Positions 34,267-43,048 of a stretch of DNA of 43,793 bases are shown here, in pieces; the stretch's first letter is position 1; the number at the start of each line of letters is the position of its first letter. A program made the position numbers and the translations under genes. Location: the NCBI GenBank assembly GCA_964579045.1, contig CAZOHR010000001.1, positions 1-43,793 of the forward strand. Reading direction: 5' to 3'. This DNA comes from an uncultured Bacteroidales bacterium. GTDB lineage: Bacteria > Bacteroidota > Bacteroidia > Bacteroidales > ML635J-15. The notes beneath the pieces are model-generated. The model was not told the origin of the DNA. It did not search any database and saw only the letters and a program-made list of their open reading frames with translations.

Positions 34267-36735
34267 TTAAAAGTTAGAACTAAACATAATCTCGTATCTT
34301 CGTGGAGCGTGCATATCGCCTGGGCGACCAACAAATTCCTGATTTAGCACATTTTTGACGATAAAAGACGCCCTTAGTTCCTCACTAAATTTAAAACCAA
34401 AACGCAGGTCTAAATTTAAATATCCCTTATCGGCAGTAGCAAGTCTATAATCCCAATATCCAGGTAAGATACTTTGACTAAATAATTGGTAGAATGCATA
34501 AATACCTGGGTCTACTGTAGTTTGATCTCTCTCATCGCAAAATAATCTGTCAACATTTTCCATCGAGCTTCTCCATATAATGTTTGCTCCGAAGGTAATG
34601 CGTTTTGATTCAAAATTAATATCTCCTTTTACCGAATGCTTGTTTCTGTATTTGAGTAGTGGAGAAAGACTTGATGCTGTTGAGTCAAGGCCTGCTTTTG
34701 AAATTGGATTGTTATATGTGTATCCTATCATTGCGGTAATAAGCATTTTCTTAACTTTACCGCCAATAGATGCTGACACATCCATACCAGATATACGCAC
34801 ATCACCATAGTTTTGAGACTGGAATCCAATTGTTGGAGCAACTGTGTCTGTCGATACATAAGGCATATATGTAACAGGATTAAATACTCCGAAAGTGAAT
34901 TCCATCATATTATTAATATCCTGATTATAAATTGCTAGATCGGCAAAACCTCTCCATTTACCAATTTTATATGCCTGCTTTACTCCAACTTCAGCGCTCC
35001 AGCCAGATTCTGGTTCTAAATACGGATTTGGCAAAATGTTTACCATGCCCAAAGAAGTTGCAGTATATTTCTCAGCTATCGATGGGAATCTATATCCTTG
35101 ACCAAACGAAGCTCTTAAGAAAGTTTGTTCGGTTATTTGGTAATTTGCCCCTGTTCTGAAAACTGGTTTAAATGGAATTTCAATTCTGCTGTCGCCAATA
35201 TTAATATCAACAACAGATTCGGTTTGGGTTGAGTCTAAAACAAAATATTCTCCTCTTATACCCAGCGAAAGCTTTAGCCTGCCAAGTTTCGCATCTAGCT
35301 GACTATAAAGGGAGACATTATTACCAAAGTGATCACCAAATAAATTTGCATCAACAATGGAATAAGTTTCGACAACACCAGCTGTAATATTCCATTTTTC
35401 TGCAATCACATTCTGGTACTGAAACTCAGCATAAGCAGTGTTACCTGTACTGTTTTTCTGTGTATCTGTCGGCATTACGTTTTCGGTTCTAAAATATCGA
35501 GTTCGTAAGCTATATTTTGCTCCACTAGGTGCATAATAATACACAAATGGATCGAGATTCATTCTAAAGCCCTGAGTAGGAACGTTTGCTCCCAAAGAAG
35601 TACTTGCTAGATAGGCGTTAGTGTCTGATTTCCACATGAAAAAATCGCACATGTCTATCGCCATAAAATTGGTATTCAGACCTAGAGCCAGGCCTCTGAT
35701 TCCCTCGCTCCTGTATCTCATGTTGACATTAAAACGACTTCTGCGTTCGTATTGGCTTTCTTTATATCCTTCTTCTATAAAGTGATTTCCACCCATTGAT
35801 AGATCTAGATTATCAAATTGCTGGCTATGTGAAAAGCTTAAGCCTCCATACATAGGACTTCTTACCCAATAAAATACTTCTTCACGTAATGGAATGTTGA
35901 ATTTACTATTACTGCCAGAGAAAAATTCTTTTGCCCACCACTTTTGCCTATCATCTCTTGGATTGCCATAAACCCCATTGAAATAGGATATTTTGGTAAC
36001 TGGTTTATCAGTCGGATAAGCAGACCTTATATTTATAACACCACTTAAGGCAGATGATCCAAATAAGGCAGAACTTGCCCCTTTAACTACTTCTACTTGT
36101 GAGATGTTTTCCATCGGAATATAATTCCATTTTACGTCTCCAACATCGGCTGACATGATTGGTAAATCATCCATTAAGATTATTACACGGCTGCCTGCAC
36201 CATAACTCCATCCTGTGCTGGCTCTAATACTCGGCTGTTTGTCGTTGATATCAACTCCAGGAACCTGATTTAGTGCCTGGTCCATAACAAACGAATTGTT
36301 GTTTTCAATGGTCGAAGGTTTTATTACCTCCATAGATACCGTTACATCTGACAGCTTCTGTTCAAACTTTCCAGCACTGACAACAACTTCTTCTATTATC
36401 TCAGCTTTCTGAGACAGAAGCACGTCTACTACGATTGGCTTACCAACAATTAATTCGACAGTTTTTACAATTTCTTCATATCCAATGTAAACGAAATGAA
36501 TTTCGTAAGTGCCAGGATATAGGGCAATTTTGTAATTGCCATCAAAATCTGTTGTTGTTCCCAACTGAGATTTATCTGAAAGAAACTCATTTGTGTTTTT
36601 AATTATAATGTTTACCCCATAAAGAGTTTCTTTATTGGTTTCATCTAAAACATTACCACTCAGCATTACTGTCTGAGAGATTAAGGAAGAAGCTAAAAGC
36701 AAGGCGGCAATTAAAACAAGTAAAAATTTCCTCAT
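34267..36735 (-). CDS. TonB-dependent outer-membrane receptor with an N-terminal carboxypeptidase-regulatory-like domain
   Basis: 822 aa with a signal peptide. CarbopepD_reg-like segment (LSGNVLDETNKETLYGVNIII...DFDGNYKIALYPGTYEIHFVYIGYE). Plug domain (VEVVKGASSALFGSSALSGVINI). Long beta-barrel ending in a terminal aromatic residue (..EIMFSSNF). Confidence 0.85.
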   Translation of the reverse strand: MRKFLLVLIAALLLASSLISQTVMLSGNVLDETNKETLYGVNIIIKNTNEFLSDKSQLGTTTDFDGNYKIALYPGTYEIHFVYIGYEEIVKTVELIVGKPIVVDVLLSQKAEIIEEVVVSAGKFEQKLSDVTVSMEVIKPSTIENNNSFVMDQALNQVPGVDINDKQPSIRASTGWSYGAGSRVIILMDDLPIMSADVGDVKWNYIPMENISQVEVVKGASSALFGSSALSGVINIRSAYPTDKPVTKISYFNGVYGNPRDDRQKWWAKEFFSGSNSKFNIPLREEVFYWVRSPMYGGLSFSHSQQFDNLDLSMGGNHFIEEGYKESQYERRSRFNVNMRYRSEGIRGLALGLNTNFMAIDMCDFFMWKSDTNAYLASTSLGANVPTQGFRMNLDPFVYYYAPSGAKYSLRTRYFRTENVMPTDTQKNSTGNTAYAEFQYQNVIAEKWNITAGVVETYSIVDANLFGDHFGNNVSLYSQLDAKLGRLKLSLGIRGEYFVLDSTQTESVVDINIGDSRIEIPFKPVFRTGANYQITEQTFLRASFGQGYRFPSIAEKYTATSLGMVNILPNPYLEPESGWSAEVGVKQAYKIGKWRGFADLAIYNQDINNMMEFTFGVFNPVTYMPYVSTDTVAPTIGFQSQNYGDVRISGMDVSASIGGKVKKMLITAMIGYTYNNPISKAGLDSTASSLSPLLKYRNKHSVKGDINFESKRITFGANIIWRSSMENVDRLFCDERDQTTVDPGIYAFYQLFSQSILPGYWDYRLATADKGYLNLDLRFGFKFSEELRASFIVKNVLNQEFVGRPGDMHAPRRYEIMFSSNF

Positions 36736-36763
36736 GACATGAAAAAATTATGATTAATGTCAG

Positions 36764-36771
36764 CAAAAATA
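36764..36771 (-). promoter_or_regulatory. putative -7 box (TATTTTTG) for the TonB-dependent receptor gene
   Basis: Exact TAnnTTTG match on the minus strand, 29 nt upstream of the ATG at 36735. Confidence 0.35.
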
Positions 36772-36830
36772 GAAATAATGTTAACCCGTGGTTTTTTTTA
36801 TTGTGTATTTAGATATGATTTTTTAAACAA

Positions 36831-36856
36831 TACGTATAAATACGTATAAATACGTA
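36831..36856. repeat. three palindromic TACGTA hexamers at exact 10-bp spacing (TACGTATAAA x2.6)
   Basis: tacgtataaa at 36831-36840, again at 36841-36850, then tacgta at 36851-36856. CAATACG recurs at 36828 and 36894. The array lies 60-90 bp upstream of the putative receptor promoter. Confidence 0.5.
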
Positions 36857-36997
36857 CTGAGTATAATTTATAGTAGGTAGGTTAGAGTATAGACAATACG
36901 CAAATTATAGCACACAAATACCACAATTGCCAACAATCACGAAGATTGTCAAAGTTTCTAATATACTTCCTAAAAAGCAGGAAATTATGATTCGTTT

Positions 36998-39382
36998 CTA
37001 AATTTTAGTTCGAATTGCTTTTAAGCTTGGTAATTCTTTTCCTTCGATATATTCAAGTAAAGCGCCTCCAGCAGTTGATACGTAGCTAATTTTATGAGCT
37101 AATCCATACTTGTTTAATGCCGCAATACTATCACCACCACCAACAAGGGAGAATGCACCAAAGTCTGTTGATCTAGATACCGAGAGAGCGATTTTTATAG
37201 TTCCATTGCAGAAGTGATCCATTTCAAATACACCCATAGGCCCATTCCACAGCAGGGTGTTCGATTTTTCAATCACCTTTGCAAAGGTTTCAGCAGTTTT
37301 TATTCCAATATCTAGACCTCTCCAGCCTTTTGGGATTTCATTGATTTTACAATGTTTGATTCTTGCATCGTTGCTAAAACTATCTGCAATTACACAGTCG
37401 ATAGGGAGATATAATTTCACATCAGTCTTCATAGCTTGTTCAAGAATCTCTCTAGCTACCGGGATATAATCTTCCTCAATAAGTGATTCTCCAATATTTC
37501 CACCCATTGCTTTTATAAAAGTAAATGCAATACCTCCACCAATAATTAGGTTGTCAACTTTCTCCATCAAGGCTCTGATGATATCAATTTTTGTTGAGAC
37601 TTTAGAACCACCGATTATCGCTGTAAAAGGTTTTTCTCCTTTAAATAATACACGATTAATATTATTGACTTCACTTTCGACAAGATAACCTAGCATTTTA
37701 TCATCTGGAAATGATTTTGCTATCATATAGGTTGACGCGTGTGCTCTGTGTGCTGTTCCAAAAGCATTCATAATATAGACATCACCCAAACTGGCAAGTT
37801 TTTTTGCAAATTCTTCGTCGTTTTTTTCCTCAAGTGGATTGAATCGTAGGTTTTCGAGAATTAATACTTCGCGAGGTTTTAATTCTCTCGCCATTTTTTG
37901 TGCTTCCTCTCCAATGCAGTCAGGTGCGAATTTTACATTAGTGTCGAGTATCTTTGTCAGATATGGGACAATGTGCTTAACAGAGTATTTTTCTTCATAT
38001 CCACCTTTTGGGCGACCAAGATGAGTCATAAGAATTATTGAGCCTCCATCTGCCATAATCTTTCTGCAAGTGGGCATTGCAGTTACTATTCTGGTAGTAT
38101 CCACAATATTAAAGTCTTTGTCTAGTGGCACATTAAAGTCAACTCTGATGAGCGCTCTTTTGCCATAGAAATTGTAATCGTCAACACTAAATGATTGTTT
38201 TATTGCTTTAATTGCCGGAAGATTTTTCTTTTCGAAGTACTCCAAAAGAGCGCCTCCAGCAGAGCTAATATATGAAATTTTATGCGCCAGACTGTATTTG
38301 TTAAGTGCAGCAATTGTGTCTCCACCACCAACAACCGAATACAAACCTTTATCTGTAGCACGCGCAACAGAAAGAGCAAGCTTTAAGGTGCCATACGAAA
38401 AGTGTGGTAATTCATAAACGCCCATTGGTCCGTCCCATAATAGGGTTTTAGACTCTTCAATAACTTCAGCAAAGATGTCAACGGTTTTAATTCCGATATC
38501 CAAAGCTCTCCAGCCATCAGGTATTTCGGAAAATTCGCAATGTTCAATATTTGCATCATTACCATTGTGGTCAGCAATGATACAATCAACGGGAAGATGT
38601 ATTTTAACATTGAAACTCTCGGCGTTTTTTAAAATGCGTTTTGCTACTTCGATACAACTCTCTTCAACTAACGAATTGCCAACCGGATAGCCTAAAGCTT
38701 TGGCAAAAGTAAATGCAATTCCACCACCAATGAGCAAATTGTCTATTTTCGGAAGCAAAGTTTCGACAATTCCAATTTTGGTTGTAACCTTGTCGCCACC
38801 AATCATTAGTGTAAATGGACTTTCAGCATTTTTTGAGAGTTTGTCGAGTTTCTTCATTTCGCCTTCAACAACATATCCAAACATTTTATCGTATGGAAAT
38901 GATTTTGCAAGAGTTACTGTTGAAGCATGGTTTCTGTGAGCGGTACCAAAAGCATCGTTTACATAGCAATCACCAAGAGAAGCTATTTTCTGTGCAAATT
39001 TTTCATCAGCATTTAGTTCTTCTTTATAGAATCTGATATTCTCCAACAACATTATCTGTCCGCTTTTTAATCCTGCCGCCACCGCAGCTGTTTCGTCTGA
39101 TAAAGGATTGTCGCAGAAAATCACTGTCCTGCCGATTAGCTTTTCTATTAGAGGAAGCATGTGCTTTAACGATCGCGATTCTACATATTCGCCTTTTGGT
39201 CGTCCCCAATGAGTGATGAGAATAATTGATCCCTTTTCAGATAAAATCTTTTGGATAGTTGGCAAAGCCATTTTTATTCTTGTATCATCTAGGGAATTTG
39301 AATCACTAGTAATTGGAATATTAAAATCTACTCTGAGCAATACTCTTTTTCCATCAAAACTGTAATTGTCTAAGGTGTTCAT
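36998..39382 (-). CDS. pgk: tandem double phosphoglycerate kinase (two complete PGK units fused head to tail in one ORF)
   Basis: 794 aa. Unit 1 is aa 1-396 (nt 38195-39382) and unit 2 is aa 397-794 (nt 36998-38194). The junction ...LPAIKAIKQ|SFSVDDYNFYGKR... has no linker. Both units keep RVDFN(I/V)P, TH(W/L)GRPKG, NAFGTAHR(N/A)HAS or NDAFGTAHR, GG(D/S)KV(T/S)TKI, IGGGIAFTF, LDIGIKT, LW(D/N)GPMGV(Y/F)E, GGGD(T/S)IAA and AGGALLEY. Confidence 0.9.
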   Translation of the reverse strand: MNTLDNYSFDGKRVLLRVDFNIPITSDSNSLDDTRIKMALPTIQKILSEKGSIILITHWGRPKGEYVESRSLKHMLPLIEKLIGRTVIFCDNPLSDETAAVAAGLKSGQIMLLENIRFYKEELNADEKFAQKIASLGDCYVNDAFGTAHRNHASTVTLAKSFPYDKMFGYVVEGEMKKLDKLSKNAESPFTLMIGGDKVTTKIGIVETLLPKIDNLLIGGGIAFTFAKALGYPVGNSLVEESCIEVAKRILKNAESFNVKIHLPVDCIIADHNGNDANIEHCEFSEIPDGWRALDIGIKTVDIFAEVIEESKTLLWDGPMGVYELPHFSYGTLKLALSVARATDKGLYSVVGGGDTIAALNKYSLAHKISYISSAGGALLEYFEKKNLPAIKAIKQSFSVDDYNFYGKRALIRVDFNVPLDKDFNIVDTTRIVTAMPTCRKIMADGGSIILMTHLGRPKGGYEEKYSVKHIVPYLTKILDTNVKFAPDCIGEEAQKMARELKPREVLILENLRFNPLEEKNDEEFAKKLASLGDVYIMNAFGTAHRAHASTYMIAKSFPDDKMLGYLVESEVNNINRVLFKGEKPFTAIIGGSKVSTKIDIIRALMEKVDNLIIGGGIAFTFIKAMGGNIGESLIEEDYIPVAREILEQAMKTDVKLYLPIDCVIADSFSNDARIKHCKINEIPKGWRGLDIGIKTAETFAKVIEKSNTLLWNGPMGVFEMDHFCNGTIKIALSVSRSTDFGAFSLVGGGDSIAALNKYGLAHKISYVSTAGGALLEYIEGKELPSLKAIRTKI

Positions 39383-39427
39383 AGTTAGCGAATTATGTTG
39401 TTTTTTATGAGATTAGCTTTTATCAAA

Positions 39428-39435
39428 CAAACATA
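39428..39435 (-). promoter_or_regulatory. possible -7 box (TATGTTTG) for the double-PGK gene
   Basis: Exact TAnnTTTG match on the minus strand, 46 nt upstream of the ATG at 39382. Confidence 0.25.
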
Positions 39436-39539
39436 GTAATTAAAAGCTTTGAGTTTTGTTTTAAGATTATGTTTTTTATCACAAATTCCTTCAATATTTC
39501 GTTAATAAAAAAATACTTATAAAATTTAAGGAGTTTTAT

Positions 39540-39547
39540 TAAATTTG
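39540..39547 (+). promoter_or_regulatory. putative -7 box (TAAATTTG) for the holB operon
   Basis: Exact TAnnTTTG match 21 nt upstream of the ATG at 39568. Confidence 0.35.
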
Positions 39548-39567
39548 CAACGAGCGAAATTTGCGTT

Positions 39568-40689
39568 ATGAAGTTTGATAAAGTTACTGGACAGAACGAA
39601 ATAAAGGAAAAACTGAGACAGAGTTACTATAGTAACCGACTCAGTCATTCTTATTTATTTTATGGTTTTCCAGGAACTGGAAAGCTTGCTCTAGCTATAG
39701 CTTTTGCTCAATTTCTGTCTTGTGAAAATAAATCAGAAACAGATAGTTGTGGAGAATGCCCTTCTTGTAAAAAATACGAAAAGCTGGTTCATCCAGATCT
39801 TCATTTTGTTTTTCCAGTAATTACCGTTCCAGGAAAAAAATCGATTAGCGACATGTTTATTCAGCAATGGAGAGAAATGGTTCTGGAGGATTCTTATTTT
39901 TCCTACAATGAGTGGATGGCCAAACTTGAAAGCGAGAATAAGCAAGGAAGTATTTATTCGGACGAATCGGCGGAGATAATTAAAAAGCTGAATTTAAAGA
40001 CTTTCGAATCGGATTATAAAATAATGATAATCTGGTTGCCAGAGAAGATGAATGCCTCTTGTGCTAATAAATTGCTCAAAATACTTGAAGAGCCTCCTCA
40101 AAATACAGTTTTTATTCTTGTTAGTGATAATCGAGAGGATGTACTTCCTACGATTTTGTCAAGAACACAGCCTGTGAAAATTCTAGCAATCGAAGATGAT
40201 TGTCTTAAACAGGAATTGATTCGCAGATATAGCATAAATGAGGAGCTTGCCAACGATGTTATTGCAATTAGTAATGGAAGTTTACTTGAGGCAAAAGAAC
40301 AAATTACAACCAGTGAAGAAAATAAGTTCAATCTTTCGCAGTTTATATCATTGATGAGGCTTTCATATTCGCGTAAGATTGATGAAGCTTTGAAATGGGC
40401 AGAACAAATGTCCAAATCGGGTAGGGAGAAACAGAAGAGTTTTTTATATTATTCATCTGTGCTCTTGAGAGAGAATTTTGTGTATAATTACAAACAAAAA
40501 AAGATAAGCTACATGACAAAAGAGGAAGAGGATTTTGCTTCCAATTTTGCTAAATTTGTAAATGCTGAAAATATTGATGACTTGTCAGAGATTTTTAATT
40601 TGGCACATTATCATATTGAACGAAACGGATATGGAAAAATCGTTTTTACTGATATGGCATTTAAGATTATGAAGGTTATTAGGAAATAA
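39568..40689 (+). CDS. holB: DNA polymerase III delta-prime subunit (clamp-loader AAA+)
   Basis: 373 aa. HSYLFYGFPGTGKLALAIAFAQFLSC. Zinc module CGECPSCKKYEKLVHPDLHFVFP. ANKLLKILEEPP box. TILSRTQ sensor motif. Confidence 0.75.
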   Translation: MKFDKVTGQNEIKEKLRQSYYSNRLSHSYLFYGFPGTGKLALAIAFAQFLSCENKSETDSCGECPSCKKYEKLVHPDLHFVFPVITVPGKKSISDMFIQQWREMVLEDSYFSYNEWMAKLESENKQGSIYSDESAEIIKKLNLKTFESDYKIMIIWLPEKMNASCANKLLKILEEPPQNTVFILVSDNREDVLPTILSRTQPVKILAIEDDCLKQELIRRYSINEELANDVIAISNGSLLEAKEQITTSEENKFNLSQFISLMRLSYSRKIDEALKWAEQMSKSGREKQKSFLYYSSVLLRENFVYNYKQKKISYMTKEEEDFASNFAKFVNAENIDDLSEIFNLAHYHIERNGYGKIVFTDMAFKIMKVIRK

Positions 40690-40697
40690 ATAATAAA

Positions 40698-41855
40698 ATG
40701 ACAGATAGAGAGTTTGAAAGAGGTTGTGTGCCATCTTGTGTTGATGAAAATACTGGAAATGTTAATATAAAGCATTGTTGCAACAAACTGAATGTTTATG
40801 ATTGGCTAGGTGATATTAATGATCCAATGTTTCAAAACAAATACGTTGAGGTCAGATTTAAAAATACCAGAAAAGGGATTTACGAAAATGCTTCCGAACT
40901 TCAACTGGAGGTTGGTGATGTTGTTGCCGTAGAGTCATCTCCAGGTCATGACATAGGTATAATTTCTGCTGTTGGCAAAATGGCTCTTTATCAGATGAAG
41001 AGGTACAAAGTGAGCAAAGAGAACGAAATTAAGAAAGTCTATCGCAAAGCCAGAGCAACCGACATACAAAAATGGCAAGAGGCAATTTCAAAGGAAGTTC
41101 CAGTTATGCTCAGAACCAGAGAAATTGCCAGAATGCTCAAATTGACGATGAAAATCGGAGATGTGGAGTTTCAAGGCGATAAAACTAAAGCAATTTTCTA
41201 TTATATCGCAGAAGAGAGAGTAGATTTCCGCGAACTAATCAAAAAAATGGCCGAAGAGTTTCGTATCCGTATCGAAATGAAACAAATTGGTGCAAGGCAA
41301 GAAGCAGGTAGAATTGGCGGTATTGGACCATGTGGAAGGGAACTTTGTTGTACAACATGGATGGCAGACTTTATTTCTGTATCTACAAATTCTGCTAGAT
41401 TGCAGGAGTTATCACTCAATCCTCAGAAGCTAGCAGGGCAATGTAGCAAGCTAAAGTGTTGCCTCAATTATGAGCTATCAGTTTATCTTGATGCTCGCAG
41501 ACAATTTCCAGAGAATATTGTTGCCCTCAAGACTAAACAAGGCGATGCGTATCACATTAAAAATGACATTTTTAAAAGTCAGATGTACTACGAAATCCGT
41601 ATTAATGATATCCCAGTTATCAGAGCATTGCATGTTGATAAGGTGAAGGAAATTATGGACTTAAATAAAAAAGGTATTTTCCCTGATAATGTCTTTGAAA
41701 GCGAAAAAACTGGAGGCCGAGCTAATATTTCGTTTAAAGAGGAGCTAAATTCTGATAGTCTAACCAGATTTGATTCAGGACAGCCAGTATCTAAGAATAA
41801 GAAAAGGAAGAAAAATCGCAATAAAAATAAAACTCAAAACAATGAAAAAGAATAA
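40698..41855 (+). CDS. ricT: PSP1-domain protein (RicT/YaaT-like Fe-S regulatory complex subunit)
   Basis: 385 aa. PSP1 core (GDVVAVESSPGHDIGIISAVG...FYYIAEERVDFRELIKKMAEEFRIRIEMKQIG). Cys cluster GPCGRELCCTTW...QCSKLKCCLNYE. Lys/Asn-rich tail. Lies immediately downstream of holB, as in many bacteria. Confidence 0.75.
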   Translation: MTDREFERGCVPSCVDENTGNVNIKHCCNKLNVYDWLGDINDPMFQNKYVEVRFKNTRKGIYENASELQLEVGDVVAVESSPGHDIGIISAVGKMALYQMKRYKVSKENEIKKVYRKARATDIQKWQEAISKEVPVMLRTREIARMLKLTMKIGDVEFQGDKTKAIFYYIAEERVDFRELIKKMAEEFRIRIEMKQIGARQEAGRIGGIGPCGRELCCTTWMADFISVSTNSARLQELSLNPQKLAGQCSKLKCCLNYELSVYLDARRQFPENIVALKTKQGDAYHIKNDIFKSQMYYEIRINDIPVIRALHVDKVKEIMDLNKKGIFPDNVFESEKTGGRANISFKEELNSDSLTRFDSGQPVSKNKKRKKNRNKNKTQNNEKE

Positions 41856-42318
41856 TTTGGTCTTTGCAATTATTGCAATTGCGTTTGTTGTTATGTCGTG
41901 TGATAGAAATAAGGTATATGAGGAATATACTGAAATTAAGGACTACAACTGGCAGAGTAAAGATGCTGTCAGATTCGAGTTTGAAATTGATGATACTGCA
42001 TCATTGCATAATGTTTATATCAATGTGCGACATGCAAACATGTATCAGTTTAATAATCTTTGGTTATTTGTAAAGTCATCGGCACCAAACGGACAAACTA
42101 ATGTAGATACAGTAGAATGTGTGCTTGCTGACAATTCTGGTAAGTGGCTTGGAGATGGTATGGGCGATATCTGGGATATTCAAATTCCATGGAGAATGGG
42201 TGTTAGATTTCCTGTCAAAGGCAAGTATATTGTGGAATATAAACAGGGTATGCGAGTAGATGTTCTACCTGGTATTATGGATGTTGGTTTAAGGGTTGAA
42301 AAAGCCGAAGTAAAGTAA
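41842..42318 (+). CDS. gldH: gliding-motility lipoprotein GldH
   Basis: The true start is MKKNNLVFAIIAIAFVVMSCD (ATG 41842; lipoprotein signal with Cys). The ORF-track start at 41770 lies inside ricT. The protein is 158 aa. YEEYTEI..W...D...FEFEIDD....YNVYINVRH...YQFNNLWLF matches my recollection of GldH. It overlaps the ricT stop by 14 nt. Confidence 0.7.
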   Translation: MKKNNLVFAIIAIAFVVMSCDRNKVYEEYTEIKDYNWQSKDAVRFEFEIDDTASLHNVYINVRHANMYQFNNLWLFVKSSAPNGQTNVDTVECVLADNSGKWLGDGMGDIWDIQIPWRMGVRFPVKGKYIVEYKQGMRVDVLPGIMDVGLRVEKAEVK

Positions 42319-42325
42319 AATTGAA

Positions 42326-43048
42326 ATGTCGAAGAAGCAAAAATTACTTAAGTTCGCTCAAATCAAAACGTATTCTAATATTTTCGAGCCGGTATTTGTT
42401 TTTGTGGCTCCACTTGATTTTTCATTAAAATCGAAATGGCACAAAGATTTTTTCAAGAATGACAATCCTATTGTTCTTGAGTTGGGTTGTGGAAAGGGAG
42501 AATATTCGGTTGAGCTAGCAAAAAAATATCCTCAAAACAATTATATCGGAATGGATATAAAGGGAAACCGTATGTGGACTGGAGCTACAGAAGCAATTGA
42601 ATTGGGTTTACAAAATATTGGATTTATTCGAACTTTTATTGAATTTGTACATTATTGTTTTGGCAAAAATGAAGTTTCCGAAATATGGATTACTTTTCCA
42701 GATCCACAGCTTGGCCCTCGCAAAAGAATAAAAAAGAGACTTACATCATCAGCTTTTCTAAGTCGCTATCAGCAGTTTTTGGTCCATAATGGAATTATTA
42801 ATCTAAAGACAGATGACGACACCTTATATTTATACACCAAATCTCTTATTGAGCTAAATAATCTTGAGTTGCTTGCAGATACAGATGATCTTTATGATTC
42901 AGATTATTTTACAGATGTTCTAGCTATTAAAACACATTATGAGAAGTTGTGGAATAAAGAGAAAAAGACAATAAAATATCTACGCTTTTTATTGCCACAG
43001 GATATAACAATTATAGAACCTCCATTTGAAGATGACGAAAACAGATGA
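42326..43048 (+). CDS. trmB: tRNA (guanine46-N7)-methyltransferase
   Basis: 240 aa. SAM-binding LELGCGKGEY. The FPDPQ...KKR motif (WITFPDPQLGPRKRIKKRL). Confidence 0.85.
   Translation: MSKKQKLLKFAQIKTYSNIFEPVFVFVAPLDFSLKSKWHKDFFKNDNPIVLELGCGKGEYSVELAKKYPQNNYIGMDIKGNRMWTGATEAIELGLQNIGFIRTFIEFVHYCFGKNEVSEIWITFPDPQLGPRKRIKKRLTSSAFLSRYQQFLVHNGIINLKTDDDTLYLYTKSLIELNNLELLADTDDLYDSDYFTDVLAIKTHYEKLWNKEKKTIKYLRFLLPQDITIIEPPFEDDENR

Noticed and set aside
36736-36997. A possible riboswitch (cobalamin or TPP) in the 262-bp region upstream of the TonB-dependent receptor.
   Set aside because: A consensus promoter box sits only 29 nt from the start codon, leaving no room for an aptamer in the leader. The region is AT-rich and has no B12-box-like or TPP-like conserved segments that I can recognise.
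41770-41841. The upstream extension of the gldH ORF (MIQDSQYLRIRKGRK...).
   Set aside because: It lies in an alternate frame of the ricT coding tail. The lipoprotein signal peptide begins at the ATG at 41842.
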